DNA of 63,340 bases, filler included. It is 4 parts of 4 records of this genome, joined end to end, with 100 filler letters (N's around TTAATTAATTAA, not from the genome) between each part and the next. Parts side by side here need not be neighbours in the genome. Positions count along the whole stretch, not along the records: positions 1 to 30,140 come from SRR31156797_3544; 3 more parts are not named here. The stretch is one strand, 5' to 3'. The notes beneath the pieces were generated by a model. The model had not been told where the DNA came from. It did not search any database and saw nothing but the letters and a program-made list of their open reading frames with translations. Positions 1-10,849 of the stretch are shown here, piece after piece. Every line of letters begins with the position of its first letter. Position 1 is the stretch's first letter. The translations under genes and the position numbers were made by a program.

Positions 1-1809
1 ATATGATGTGGCTGTAGATGGATGCTCTGTGCCTAGGACTTTTTCCTCAATATCAAGTGCTTGGTTATAATATTCCAGTGCCTTATTATATTCGCCAATT
101 CCATCATAGATAAATCCAATATTATGATATAGATATGCTAATTCATTCTCCTCAATCCCCTTATTCTGAAAATAAATTGCTACTGCAAGGCATTGATTAA
201 AGTATGGTGGATTGTAGCTTTCGATTTCGTAATTTTGATAATTAAGCTCCTCTGCTAAACTTGCTGCTAGATTATTACAGTCCTGATAACTAGGCTCCAG
301 CTTAATCTTTAAGGTCTCACATATAACATTGTGCATAACTATATTGTTATCTTCCTTTTTTAGCCAGCCAGTGTTGACTAAACTCCTTAGTGCATCATTG
401 TACTTATCGCCTAGCCATTGACGGATTTTACTATGCTTTACTGGAACAGATGGCAGTATACTTAGGTTCTTTAGCACATGTATCATATCATCATCTATAT
501 CAGATATATCGAATAGTATTTGCAGATGCTCTATAAATTCCTTTTCCTCTATTTTGCCTGTTGCTGATGTTTTTTCATCTATGTTAAATCCTTTTTCATT
601 TAACAGCTTCCATAAGTCCTTTAGTGTATCTATCCCTGATGTATCATATATCCTTGCCAGCAGTTCTATTGTCAGAGTGTGGTAGCCTGCCATATCTGTG
701 ATTTGCTTTAGGTATTTATCATTAGTGTCTACTGTTCTGTCAAAGCAGTAGTGATTAAATAGCTCTCTACATGCGTCAGGGCTTAGGAAGTCTAGATTAA
801 GTGCTCTAAATGAAGTACCGAATGCATTGAACCTCCGCCTAGAGGTTAATATCACTTTGCATTTAAGTGAACATAGGAAGTCTATCTCCTCCTTAACTTC
901 ATTAAATACATTGTCAAAGGCTAGGATAGTATCATGGGGCAGACTGGATAGATAATTCTTTACTCTGGTAAATTCGCTGTTTCTGCCTGCCTCAGTGCCT
1001 AGCTTGCTCTCGTCTGCTATCTTTAGCAAAGTGTTCTTTAGGCTTTCCTCATAGTCAAACCAACCTACATTACATTTACATTTGGTGCAGTAGTACTTGC
1101 ACAGTGCAGACTTGCCTACACCGCCGATGCCATTGACCAGTACAACTGGTTGGTTGCTCTCTAGGAGTTCACTGACCTTGTCTATGTCATCGTCACGACC
1201 GATTAATTCATTGTTGGTTTTTACTATAGGTGGGAGGGTGATTGTGTGGGGAGGAATATTACCTTTCTTAAATTCTTCAAAATATTTTTCTAGTATTCTA
1301 ATTCGTTCATTTTGTTCTTTTCCAGTAATATAATTTATAAACACTCCAAAATCAGGATGTTTATACAACTGATAAGCGAATTCCGTATCGACCATTTCCT
1401 TAAAGTCATTTATATCTTTGGGTGTTATATAGTATCCGCCTGCTGAAATGCTCTCTTTCATACATTTTTTCATCAGCTTGTCCTGTTCTTCGAAATCTAA
1501 ACTAGCAGTATTATTTTGCGTTGATTGGTTTTTGTATCTATCAAAACTGTCCTGCAAAAACTCCTTATACACTCCTGAATGAATCTTTCTAGAAGTTTCC
1601 TGCAAGGTATCGTATACAATTTGATGAAAATCATTACTTATTGCATTTGGTATATCTTCTTTTATAACACCCATTTTTTTTAGTATTCGCTCTCCGTACT
1701 TAATTGGTAAATGAGCTGCTCCAACAATTGATAGACCAGGTATCAAACTAACAATTAAAGCTAAATCACCTATGCCATCAACAACACTATCAATTTTATT
1801 ATTTGCCAT
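1..1809 (-). CDS. STAND/NB-ARC-like NTPase with C-terminal TPR repeats (3' end runs off the window)
   Basis: Not in the ORF track because it has no stop. ATG at 1809 with upstream GGGGAG. Manual translation gives LIGRDDDI, Walker A GIGGVGKS, Walker B ILAFDNV, ILTSR, AGYHTLTIELLA, then TPR text YHNIGFIYDGIGEYNKALEYYNQALDIEEKVLGTEHPSTATSY. Confidence 0.9.
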   Translation of the reverse strand, partial: MANNKIDSVVDGIGDLALIVSLIPGLSIVGAAHLPIKYGERILKKMGVIKEDIPNAISNDFHQIVYDTLQETSRKIHSGVYKEFLQDSFDRYKNQSTQNNTASLDFEEQDKLMKKCMKESISAGGYYITPKDINDFKEMVDTEFAYQLYKHPDFGVFINYITGKEQNERIRILEKYFEEFKKGNIPPHTITLPPIVKTNNELIGRDDDIDKVSELLESNQPVVLVNGIGGVGKSALCKYYCTKCKCNVGWFDYEESLKNTLLKIADESKLGTEAGRNSEFTRVKNYLSSLPHDTILAFDNVFNEVKEEIDFLCSLKCKVILTSRRRFNAFGTSFRALNLDFLSPDACRELFNHYCFDRTVDTNDKYLKQITDMAGYHTLTIELLARIYDTSGIDTLKDLWKLLNEKGFNIDEKTSATGKIEEKEFIEHLQILFDISDIDDDMIHVLKNLSILPSVPVKHSKIRQWLGDKYNDALRSLVNTGWLKKEDNNIVMHNVICETLKIKLEPSYQDCNNLAASLAEELNYQNYEIESYNPPYFNQCLAVAIYFQNKGIEENELAYLYHNIGFIYDGIGEYNKALEYYNQALDIEEKVLGTEHPSTATSY

Positions 1810-2002
1810 AACTCCCCCGTAATAGTAATATTTAGCAATTATTATAGCATTATTTTTTGGAGAACAAAAGAACGAATAGCTGTTTGATAATATGTAGTTT
1901 AATAATACACAACATTGGGATTCTTAAGGGGTGAAATACCTTAAGCAGGGTTTGGGACAGAGTCTCAAGTATACCCATGCATACCTCCTGTATACGTTTA
2001 TA

Positions 2003-2031
2003 TTGACATAATCCCCCCTCTCTAATATAAT
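2003..2031 (+). promoter_or_regulatory. Consensus sigma-A promoter of alaS
   Basis: TTGACA (2003-2008), 17-nt spacer, TATAAT (2026-2031), about 60 nt before the alaS ATG. Confidence 0.8.
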
Positions 2032-2092
2032 TGTCAAGATGGATTATATCCACTTATAAATAGAAATATCACGTAAAAAGAAAGGTCTAAAA

Positions 2093-3892
2093 ATGTTATT
2101 AGCAAGCCAATTGAGAGAGAAGTATTTAGAATTTTTTAAGAGCAAGGATCACGCAGTTATCCCGTCTGCGTCTATTATTCCAGATAATGACCCTACCGTT
2201 CTTTTTACAACAGCGGGAATGCACCCATTGGTGCCGTATTTATTGGGTGAGAAGCACCCTGCAGGTGTCCGTCTGTGCGACGTGCAAAAGTGCATCAGAA
2301 CAGGCGATATCGACGAAGTTGGGGACAACAGCCACTGCACATTCTTTGAAATGCTGGGTAACTGGTCACTGGGAGATTATTTCAAGGAAGAATCTATAAA
2401 ATACAGTTATGAATTCCTAAGCAGCCCAAAATGGCTGAATCTGGATATGAACAAAATCGCCGTTACAGTATTTGCAGGGGATGAGGACGCACCAAGGGAT
2501 GAATTCAGCGCAAAAATATGGATGGAATGCGGAATCCCAGAGGAGAGAATATTCTATCTGCCAAAGAAACACAATTGGTGGATAGCAGGTACAACAGGCC
2601 CATGCGGTCCTGACACAGAGATATTCTATATCACAGAAAAAGAACCTTGCTGCGACAAATGCTCACCAGCATGCGACTGCGGACGTTACCTGGAAATCTG
2701 GAACAACGTTTTCATGGAATACAATAAACAGCCAGACGGCACATATCTGCCATTGGAGAAAAAGAACGTAGATACAGGAATGGGCTTAGACAGAACAATA
2801 GCGGTCCTGCAGGGTAAATCTTCCGTTTACGACACTGACTTGTTCCAACCAATCATTGCAAAGATAGAGGAGCTGTCCGGCAGTAAATACGGCGAAAGTG
2901 ATGAAATAACCAAAGCTATGCGTATCATGGCTGACCATATACGTACATCAACATTTATGATTGGTGACGAAAAGGGCATCTCCCCATCAAACGTAGACCA
3001 GGGATATGTACTGCGCCGCCTAATCCGCCGAGTTATCCGCTACGGTGCAAAATTATCATGGCAAAACGGCAACGCATGGAAGATAGCCAGCGTTGTAATC
3101 GATATATACAAGGACGTTTATCCCGAATTAGTTCAGAATAAATCCAGAATCCATGATGAACTAAATAAAGAAGAAGCCAGATTCCAAAAAACTCTGCAGA
3201 GAGGCTTAAGAGAATTTGACAAAGTAACAGCCAATCTAAATGCAGGCGACACAATGGACGGCAAGACAGCATTCAGGCTGTACGATACATTTGGTTTCCC
3301 AATTGAAATCACTGTAGAAATGGCAGAAGAAAAGGGTATGAGCGTAGACACAAAGGGCTTTGATGCGGCGTTTAAGGAACACCAAGCCAAATCATCTGCT
3401 GGTGCAGAAGCCAAGTTCAAGGGCGGTCTGGCAGACAATACAGAGGCAACCAGCCATCTGCATACTGCAACTCACCTATTAAATGCAGCACTAAAAATCG
3501 TATTGGAAGACAACAATATCCAGCAAAGAGGCTCAAACATTACAGCCGAAAGAATGCGTTTTGACTTTAACTTCCCTCGCAAAGTCACAAGAGAAGAATG
3601 CGACAAGCTAGAGGACTGGGTCAACAATGCAATTAAAGCAGACTCTCCAATAACTATGGAGGAAATGACTGTGGAAGAAGCACAGAATCAAGGCGCAGTC
3701 GGTGTATTCTCCTCTCGTTACGGTGATGTAGTAAAAGTATACACCATGGGCGAATTCTCCAAGGAAATCTGCGGCGGACCTCATGCCAAGAGAACAGGAG
3801 AGCTGGGAACATTCAAAATACAGAAAGAGCAGTCTTCATCATCTGGAGTGCGTAGAATAAAAGCAGTATTAATTCAAGATGAAAATAATTAA
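2093..3892 (+). CDS. alaS: Alanine--tRNA ligase, short form without the C-Ala domain
   Basis: DPTVLFTTAGM, QKCIR, FFEMLGNWS, LEIWNNVF, DTGMGLDR; editing motifs HTATH and CGGPH; ends just after GVRRIKA (599 aa). Confidence 0.97.
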   Translation: MLLASQLREKYLEFFKSKDHAVIPSASIIPDNDPTVLFTTAGMHPLVPYLLGEKHPAGVRLCDVQKCIRTGDIDEVGDNSHCTFFEMLGNWSLGDYFKEESIKYSYEFLSSPKWLNLDMNKIAVTVFAGDEDAPRDEFSAKIWMECGIPEERIFYLPKKHNWWIAGTTGPCGPDTEIFYITEKEPCCDKCSPACDCGRYLEIWNNVFMEYNKQPDGTYLPLEKKNVDTGMGLDRTIAVLQGKSSVYDTDLFQPIIAKIEELSGSKYGESDEITKAMRIMADHIRTSTFMIGDEKGISPSNVDQGYVLRRLIRRVIRYGAKLSWQNGNAWKIASVVIDIYKDVYPELVQNKSRIHDELNKEEARFQKTLQRGLREFDKVTANLNAGDTMDGKTAFRLYDTFGFPIEITVEMAEEKGMSVDTKGFDAAFKEHQAKSSAGAEAKFKGGLADNTEATSHLHTATHLLNAALKIVLEDNNIQQRGSNITAERMRFDFNFPRKVTREECDKLEDWVNNAIKADSPITMEEMTVEEAQNQGAVGVFSSRYGDVVKVYTMGEFSKEICGGPHAKRTGELGTFKIQKEQSSSSGVRRIKAVLIQDENN

Positions 3893-3917
3893 TTGTATAA
3901 TAAAGTCATTCCCCCCC

Positions 3918-3949
3918 CCCCTTATGCGTAATAATATAAGGGGTTTTTT
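3918..3949 (+). terminator. Rho-independent terminator after alaS
   Basis: CCCCTTAT...ATAAGGGG stem followed by TTTTTT. Confidence 0.7.
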
Positions 3950-4107
3950 ATTAAATTATTAAATTGACTATATTTACCACAAATGATAAAATGATGTACT
4001 ATTGAAATGTGGTTATACAAAACATACAAATATATGATTAAATGCATCTAATTTATATTATTACATATGTGCAATCAATAAATAATACCGATATAGAAAG
4101 GTGAAGA

Positions 4108-4506
4108 ATGAAAGATAAGTGGAAACTAATAAAAGAATTCCTGCGTTACTGTGTAGTAGGAGGGATAGCCTTTCTGGTTGATATAGGGATACTAATATTT
4201 GCTACAGAGGTATTTGGTTTTGATCATAAAATTTCTGCAATTTTCGGCTTTATAGGCGGACTGACAGTTAACTACATACTATCAAAAATATTCGTTTTTA
4301 AACAGAATGTAAACAGCGAGACAAAAGCTTTTATTATATTTGCTGTCATTGGTGTAATTGGTCTGGGTATTACTGAATTATGTATGTGGCTGGGTGCAGA
4401 TATTGCTCATATTGATTATAGATTAGTAAAAATTGCAGCAACAGGTATTGTATTGCTTTACAATTATATTGCAAGAAAAGTATTAGTATTTGAGAAGGAT
4501 ATTTAA
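4108..4506 (+). CDS. GtrA-family lipid-linked sugar translocase
   Basis: 132 aa, four hydrophobic segments, [29 protein letters not shown]. Confidence 0.88.
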   Translation: MKDKWKLIKEFLRYCVVGGIAFLVDIGILIFATEVFGFDHKISAIFGFIGGLTVNYILSKIFVFKQNVNSETKAFIIFAVIGVIGLGITELCMWLGADIAHIDYRLVKIAATGIVLLYNYIARKVLVFEKDI

Positions 4507-4508
4507 GA

Positions 4509-6083
4509 ATGAAAAAGAAAAAAGTTGTTATTATAGGCGCAGGTCCAGCGGGACTGACAGCAGCCTATGAATTATCAAAAGAAGATGAAAAATATGATAT
4601 AACTGTACTTGAAGCACTTAATCAGGTAGGCGGCATATCAAAGACACTAAATCACAAAGGCAACAGAATGGATATCGGAGGTCATCGCTTCTTTAGTAAA
4701 GATGACAAGATTGTTGACTGGTGGTTTAATATATTAAACATTCAGGGTAAACCATCATATGATGACATAATACTGAAAAACACAGATAAGCCATTTGAAA
4801 AAGGAGGTCCTGACCCTGAAAAGGAAGACAAAGCAATGCTTATCCGCAGACGTGTATCAAGAATATATTACTTAAAGAAATTCTTCGATTATCCAATAAG
4901 CTTAAAGATGCAAACCCTAACAAATATGGGATTACTAAACACAATCAAAGTAGGCTTTTCATATCTAAAATCAACATTTATAAAGATAACTCCTGAAGAA
5001 TCATTAGAAGACTTTATGATAAACCGATTTGGAAGATCTCTCTACCAGATGTTCTTTGAAAACTACACTGAAAAAGTCTGGGGAAGACATCCATCACAAA
5101 TATCAGCCTCTTGGGGAGCTCAGAGAATAAAGGGATTGTCTATAAAAGAAATCCTGAAAGATATGTTCAGCAATGTCTTTAGCAAAAATAAAGACAGCAA
5201 AGAAGTGCAGACTTCATTGATTCAGCAGTTCTACTATCCTAAGTTTGGACCGGGGCAATTATGGGAATGTGTTGCAGAAGAATCACAAAAAAACAATGTA
5301 ACTCTAAATATGGGCAAAAACGTAAACAAGATTAATATAACAAATGATAAGATTAATTCTGTTGTGTGCGATGACGGCACAACACATGAGGGCGATATAT
5401 TCATTTCAACCATGCCTGTAAAGGATTTGATTGCCGCTATGCCAGATGACGAAGTCGAAAATAATGTACAGGATATTGCCAGAGAACTTCCTTATCGTGA
5501 CTTTATAACTGTAGGATTATTAGTTGATAAATTATTAATTAATAATACAAGTAAAATGGAAACTGTAGGTGATATTGTACCTGACTGCTGGATATATATT
5601 CAAGAAGATGATGTAAAAATCGGCAGACTTCAGATATTTAACAACTGGTCACCATATATGGTTAAGGATATTGAGAATACCATCTGGATAGGTCTTGAAT
5701 ATTTCTGCAATGAAGGCGACGAAATGTGGAATATGTCTGATGATGATTTTATAAAGTTTGCTGCGGATGAACTCCAAAAAATTGGAATAATAAATACAAG
5801 TGACGTAATAGACAGCGTAAGAATAAACATACAAAAGGCATATCCTGCATACTTTGGATCCTATTCTGAGTTTAGCAAGGTTAGAGCACATATTGATAAG
5901 TATAATAATCTATACTGTATTGGACGCAATGGTCAGCATAGATACAATAATATGGATCACTCAATGCTAACAGCCTTCTACGCTGTAGATGATATAAACG
6001 CAGATGGTTCCTTAGGAAAAGATATTGTCTGGAATGTTAATGCTGAAGAAGAGTATCATGAGGATAAAAGCCAAAATAACTAA
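4509..6083 (+). CDS. FAD-dependent oxidoreductase, UDP-galactopyranose-mutase-like (PRK07208-type)
   Basis: [48 protein letters not shown]. Confidence 0.85.
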   Translation: MKKKKVVIIGAGPAGLTAAYELSKEDEKYDITVLEALNQVGGISKTLNHKGNRMDIGGHRFFSKDDKIVDWWFNILNIQGKPSYDDIILKNTDKPFEKGGPDPEKEDKAMLIRRRVSRIYYLKKFFDYPISLKMQTLTNMGLLNTIKVGFSYLKSTFIKITPEESLEDFMINRFGRSLYQMFFENYTEKVWGRHPSQISASWGAQRIKGLSIKEILKDMFSNVFSKNKDSKEVQTSLIQQFYYPKFGPGQLWECVAEESQKNNVTLNMGKNVNKINITNDKINSVVCDDGTTHEGDIFISTMPVKDLIAAMPDDEVENNVQDIARELPYRDFITVGLLVDKLLINNTSKMETVGDIVPDCWIYIQEDDVKIGRLQIFNNWSPYMVKDIENTIWIGLEYFCNEGDEMWNMSDDDFIKFAADELQKIGIINTSDVIDSVRINIQKAYPAYFGSYSEFSKVRAHIDKYNNLYCIGRNGQHRYNNMDHSMLTAFYAVDDINADGSLGKDIVWNVNAEEEYHEDKSQNN

Positions 6084-6509
6084 TTCTTGCTTTTTTGATT
6101 AGTTTACTGTAGTACTATAAAATGATGTATCTATAGATACAATTGGTATAATAGCATTATATTTTTGTGGTAAACATTTAATTCAATGCTTTTATATATC
6201 ATCAGTGCTCTTTTGTTGATAACTTTGTGCACAGCCTATTATATAAAATAAATAACTGTTTAAGCTTATATAGTGCTTTATATAATAAGTAACATTATTG
6301 TTTATATAGATTGATATTTAATCTCTTGCTCAATATTTTTTTACTGGTATAATATTCGTATATATAGACGATTTAATATCATTTCAGATATAATCGATAT
6401 ATACTTTGTACTATTATTACTCTTATTGTAATAAACAGCGATTTAAAGTAATTAAATTTCCATAAGAAGATATGTATAGATGTAGACTGTTTATTCTAGG
6501 AGGAACACT

Positions 6510-8063
6510 ATGAATACAAAAACGCCGAAACATGGAAGATTAAAAAGTACTAATATCTTTATAACCGTATCAAAAAAAATCTATAATGATTTTTCCTCTC
6601 TTCATAAAGCCCAGAAAACACTGCTTCCGGTTTTGTCTCTTATTGGAACGTTCTGGATATTTATCAGCCTAGAGATATTTACACCCCTTGTACAAAGATC
6701 TGCAACTGCAATCTTCATCAATATGGTACTATTTATTTTAGTATCTATTATAGTAATGCTTCTTATTATTTTCCTTATGAATAAGCGATTTGAATGTACA
6801 ATTAAAGAGGAAAACAAGCAGACTTTACTTATATATATGGGATTTTCAATGATGTTGGTGGTCTATTTATTTATTAGAAATATGCCGGTTAACGCTTCTC
6901 CTGATACCCTAGATCAAATGAATATAGCTATTACTGGTCATTACAATGACTGGCATCCTTTTTTTCATACTTTCTTATTCTTTGGGATACCGATGAAATT
7001 ATTCGGTGAATCTATAGAAATAGTTTCTGTTACTCATTACATTTATGTTGGTTTAATACTAGGATATACGAGTTATTCATTATATCGCTTTGGTTTCAAT
7101 AAGTTTGTTATCCCCGTAATAATATTCCTTACAATGATTAATAACTATGTTGTGGAGACAATTGATTACCCTTGGAAAGACATACCATATTCATTTGGGA
7201 TACTTTTTATGTCAGTTAACCTGATGTGGATATATATAACGAAAGGCGACTGGCTGAATAAAGGTAAAAATATTTTTTTGTTTATACTTTCCTGCTTCTT
7301 TGTTTTGTTTATGAGACACAATGGTATATTATCCTATCTAGCAGCAATGATTGCTTTGATATTTTTCTATAAAAAATATAGAAAATCTTTAGCAATACTT
7401 TTTATTGCCATTACTGCTTCATACTTCATTATTACCGGACCTATCTACAATGTACTGGAAATATATAAGCATAATGAATCATTTGCTGAAATGGTAGGAG
7501 TGCCTAATAATCAGCTGTGTTATATTATAGTCAATGATGGAGAAATGACTGATGAAGAACGTGAGTTTATAGAAACTCTTATACCCATAGATGTCCTAAA
7601 AGAAAACTATATAAATGGTAACTTCAATACAGTCAAATGGTATGCTGATGAAGAAACCGGAGAAGCATATTACAGAGGTTCGTATGTAGAGGAGCACAAA
7701 AGCGAATATCTGGATGTTTGGCTGTCTGTAATAGGTAAAAACAAAAAATTAGCATTAGAAGCATACTATTATACAATCAGATCCATGATACTTTGGTATC
7801 TGGATATGATACCTTCAATGTATATAAGTGTAGGATTATCATTCTTTATTGCTCTGTTTGCAGGTGTTGTAGTCTCGCTCAAAGATTTCAGAAAGAGCAT
7901 TATATTTATACCAATGTTTATAAACATGGCAAGCATTATGCTGCTGATGACAGGAGATGATTTGAGATTTGTTCTCGCAAATCAGACAACATATCTTGTA
8001 TTGCTGATATTTGCATTTATTTCAATTGGCAATGTAACTAAATTAATTCCTGCTAAACATTAA
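6510..8063 (+). CDS. Polytopic membrane protein, DUF6020/GT-C-like glycosyltransferase
   Basis: Many TM segments; SPDT...NDWHPFFHT, WKDIPY, RHNG and DLRF motifs. Confidence 0.65.
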   Translation: MNTKTPKHGRLKSTNIFITVSKKIYNDFSSLHKAQKTLLPVLSLIGTFWIFISLEIFTPLVQRSATAIFINMVLFILVSIIVMLLIIFLMNKRFECTIKEENKQTLLIYMGFSMMLVVYLFIRNMPVNASPDTLDQMNIAITGHYNDWHPFFHTFLFFGIPMKLFGESIEIVSVTHYIYVGLILGYTSYSLYRFGFNKFVIPVIIFLTMINNYVVETIDYPWKDIPYSFGILFMSVNLMWIYITKGDWLNKGKNIFLFILSCFFVLFMRHNGILSYLAAMIALIFFYKKYRKSLAILFIAITASYFIITGPIYNVLEIYKHNESFAEMVGVPNNQLCYIIVNDGEMTDEEREFIETLIPIDVLKENYINGNFNTVKWYADEETGEAYYRGSYVEEHKSEYLDVWLSVIGKNKKLALEAYYYTIRSMILWYLDMIPSMYISVGLSFFIALFAGVVVSLKDFRKSIIFIPMFINMASIMLLMTGDDLRFVLANQTTYLVLLIFAFISIGNVTKLIPAKH

Positions 8064-8317
8064 ATATTTATTTTTTATACAATAAAAGAAACAATATAAT
8101 ATTTGGAATATTTTATTAATAGAAATTTAATCTATAATAAAGAAGCTGAGTTATTTATAGTCTGGTTATTTGTTATTTATTGAAATATAAGTATATTATC
8201 ATTTAACATGTCGATTATTATATTAAAGTAAATAATAGATATAATTTTATTTTTGTATAAACTCTGCCTTTTAATAGCTTTGTTTATTGCTGCATCTTCC
8301 ACAAAACAGGAGATATT

Positions 8318-9253
8318 TTGAGAATAGAAATTTTCCAAGAAAAACATATAGCTGATGCCAAAAAGATTACCAAAATCACTGCTGTTAGAGAGAATGAGTC
8401 TTTAGGCGGTATTTTGCCGTGTTCAGATATTCCTGACTTTAATAAATTTGTGGATAACTCTCTAGGAATAGTTATGATAGATGTTGATGATGTTATAGGC
8501 TACATTGCAGGATTTGGACCATTAGATAATTTCTTTGGTAATGTTTCTGGAATATATATCCCCGTTCATGGTCATGGCGTCATCAGAGACGATTCTAATA
8601 AAATATATACAAAAATGTATCAGGCTACATCAGAAATCTGGGTTCAAAATAATATACTAAGCCATGTAATTACTTGTTTTTCACATAGTAATGCAATCAA
8701 TACATTTTTTGACTTAGGATTTGGCAAAAGATGCATTGAAGCTATTTATAGAATTGACAAAAAGACTGATTTAGTGAATAATGATTTAGAAATCATAGAG
8801 TTATTAGGAGTTAAGAGAGCAAGTGTAGAAAGTTTACATAATTTAATATCACATCATCTAAGTAATTCCCCATCATTTATGCCGTATATGCCAGAAACAA
8901 ATAAAATGTTTCTAGATTCCCTTTCTGCAAATGACAGAATATTTGCAGCATACGATAATGGCATTATAATTGGATATCTGCACATCAAAAAAGGTGCGGA
9001 GTCATACATAAGTTATTATGACAAAATGATGAATATAGTCGGTGCGTATTTAGATGATAATTATCGTGGTAAAAGAATTTATAATGATATTTTGCATTTT
9101 GTAATCAATGTATTGCTGGATGAGGGTTATACTCACCTAGGTGTTGATTATGAAAGCATTAATCCTGCTGCCAATAGTTATTGGCAAAAACATTTTGTGC
9201 CATATACGTATTCTTTGGCACGCAGAATAGACGAAAGAATTATAAGGAAATAA
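8318..9253 (+). CDS. GNAT-family acetyltransferase (tandem domains)
   Basis: GAYLDDNYRGKRI and VDYESINPAANSYWQKHF; GGAG RBS before the TTG start. Confidence 0.75.
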   Translation: MRIEIFQEKHIADAKKITKITAVRENESLGGILPCSDIPDFNKFVDNSLGIVMIDVDDVIGYIAGFGPLDNFFGNVSGIYIPVHGHGVIRDDSNKIYTKMYQATSEIWVQNNILSHVITCFSHSNAINTFFDLGFGKRCIEAIYRIDKKTDLVNNDLEIIELLGVKRASVESLHNLISHHLSNSPSFMPYMPETNKMFLDSLSANDRIFAAYDNGIIIGYLHIKKGAESYISYYDKMMNIVGAYLDDNYRGKRIYNDILHFVINVLLDEGYTHLGVDYESINPAANSYWQKHFVPYTYSLARRIDERIIRK

Positions 9254-9254
9254 A

Positions 9255-10847
9255 ATGAACAAAGAAATATTAGAAAAAGTTGATAAAAGGCGTACATTCG
9301 CCATCATATCCCACCCTGACGCAGGTAAAACCACTCTGACAGAGAAGCTATTGCTATACGGCGGAGCTATCCATCTGGCAGGCTCGGTTAAGGGCAGAAA
9401 AGCATCCAGACATGCTACCAGCGACTGGATGGAAATAGAGAAGCAAAGAGGTATCTCTGTTACGTCATCTGCTATGCAATTTAATTATAACGGTTATGCT
9501 ATAAACATTCTGGATACACCAGGGCACCAGGATTTCTCGGAGGATACCTACAGAACCTTGGTTGCGGCAGACAGTGCAGTCATGCTTATTGACGGTGCAA
9601 AAGGGGTAGAGCCCCAGACACTGAAACTATTTCACGTATGTAAGATGAGGAATATCCCCATCTTTACATTTGTAAACAAAATGGACAGAGCCAGTAAAGA
9701 TCCATTTGAGTTAATGGAAGAAATAGAAAATGTTCTGGGAATTGGCTCATGTCCAATCAACTGGCCTATTGGAACAATGGGGAATTTCAAGGGAGTATAT
9801 CACAGAGCAAGCAATCAGGTAGAGGTCTACACCGATGACGATTCCCACGGTGCAAACAAAGCAAAAGCTCAGTTTGTAAATGCTCAAAGCACTGAAACAA
9901 AGAGCATAATAGGCGATGAGCTTCATGAGCAATTGCTGGATGAAATCGAACTGCTAGACGGTGCAGGAGACGAGCTGGACATGGACAAAGTGCTAAAGGG
10001 CGAATTAACCCCTATGTTCTTTGGCTCTGCTATTAATAACTTTGGCGTAGAGAGTTTCCTTGACAAATTCTTAGAATACACATTAAGTCCAACGCCAAGG
10101 ACAGCAAACAGTGGAATAGTGCCTATAGACAGCGATCAGTTTAGTGCATTTGTATTCAAAATTCAGGCAAATATGGATCCTGCCCACAGAGACAGACTGG
10201 CATTTGTACGCATTTGCTCAGGTAAGTTTGAAGCTGGTATGGATGCGTTTCACGTACAATCAAGCAAGAAAGTACGCCTGGCACAGCCTCAGCAGTTTAT
10301 GGCTGATGAACGTTCGGCTGTAACTACAGCTTGGCCAGGAGATATAATAGGTCTCTTTGATCCAGGTATATTTGGACTGGGAGATACCATTATGACAGGT
10401 AAGCCTGTCTTTAAATTTGATGGAATTCCTCTGTTTGCACCAGAAAGATTTGCAAGGATTTCACCTGAAGATTCATTAAAAAGGAAACAATTTGTTAAGG
10501 GAGTAACACAGCTTTCACAAGAGGGTGCAATACAAACATTTAAGCAAATAGATATAGGACGAGAGGAATTAATCTGCGGCGTTGTAGGCGTACTGCAGTT
10601 TGATGTATTGAAATACCGCTTAAAATCTGAGTATAATGTAGAAATTCGTTTTGAGCAGCTGCCATTTAGGTTCGTTCGCTGGGTAGAAGGAGTAGATGAT
10701 GTTACCAGCCTAAGCCTGACCAGTACAACACGGATAGCAAAGGATATTCACGACAGAGACGTACTCTTGTTTGCCAATGACTGGTCTATACACTGGGCGG
10801 TAGACAACAACGAAGGACTTAAATTAAGCGATACAGCTATTAGGTAA
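9255..10847 (+). CDS. prfC: Peptide chain release factor 3
   Basis: RRTFAIISHPDAGKTT, SDWMEIEKQRGISV, DTPGHQDFSEDTYR, NKMD. Confidence 0.98.
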   Translation: MNKEILEKVDKRRTFAIISHPDAGKTTLTEKLLLYGGAIHLAGSVKGRKASRHATSDWMEIEKQRGISVTSSAMQFNYNGYAINILDTPGHQDFSEDTYRTLVAADSAVMLIDGAKGVEPQTLKLFHVCKMRNIPIFTFVNKMDRASKDPFELMEEIENVLGIGSCPINWPIGTMGNFKGVYHRASNQVEVYTDDDSHGANKAKAQFVNAQSTETKSIIGDELHEQLLDEIELLDGAGDELDMDKVLKGELTPMFFGSAINNFGVESFLDKFLEYTLSPTPRTANSGIVPIDSDQFSAFVFKIQANMDPAHRDRLAFVRICSGKFEAGMDAFHVQSSKKVRLAQPQQFMADERSAVTTAWPGDIIGLFDPGIFGLGDTIMTGKPVFKFDGIPLFAPERFARISPEDSLKRKQFVKGVTQLSQEGAIQTFKQIDIGREELICGVVGVLQFDVLKYRLKSEYNVEIRFEQLPFRFVRWVEGVDDVTSLSLTSTTRIAKDIHDRDVLLFANDWSIHWAVDNNEGLKLSDTAIR

Positions 10848-10849
10848 AA

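Noticed and set aside
1097-1333. 78-aa plus-strand ORF, and similar short antisense ORFs inside alaS, recA, the MoxR operon and metH
   Set aside because: They lie opposite or within well-supported genes and show no motifs.
1850-2092. T-box riboswitch upstream of alaS
   Set aside because: No T-box antiterminator motif, and the promoter leaves too short a leader.
3911-3921. C11 homopolymer as a phase-variation tract
   Set aside because: Intergenic and part of the alaS terminator stem; no coding or promoter consequence is evident.
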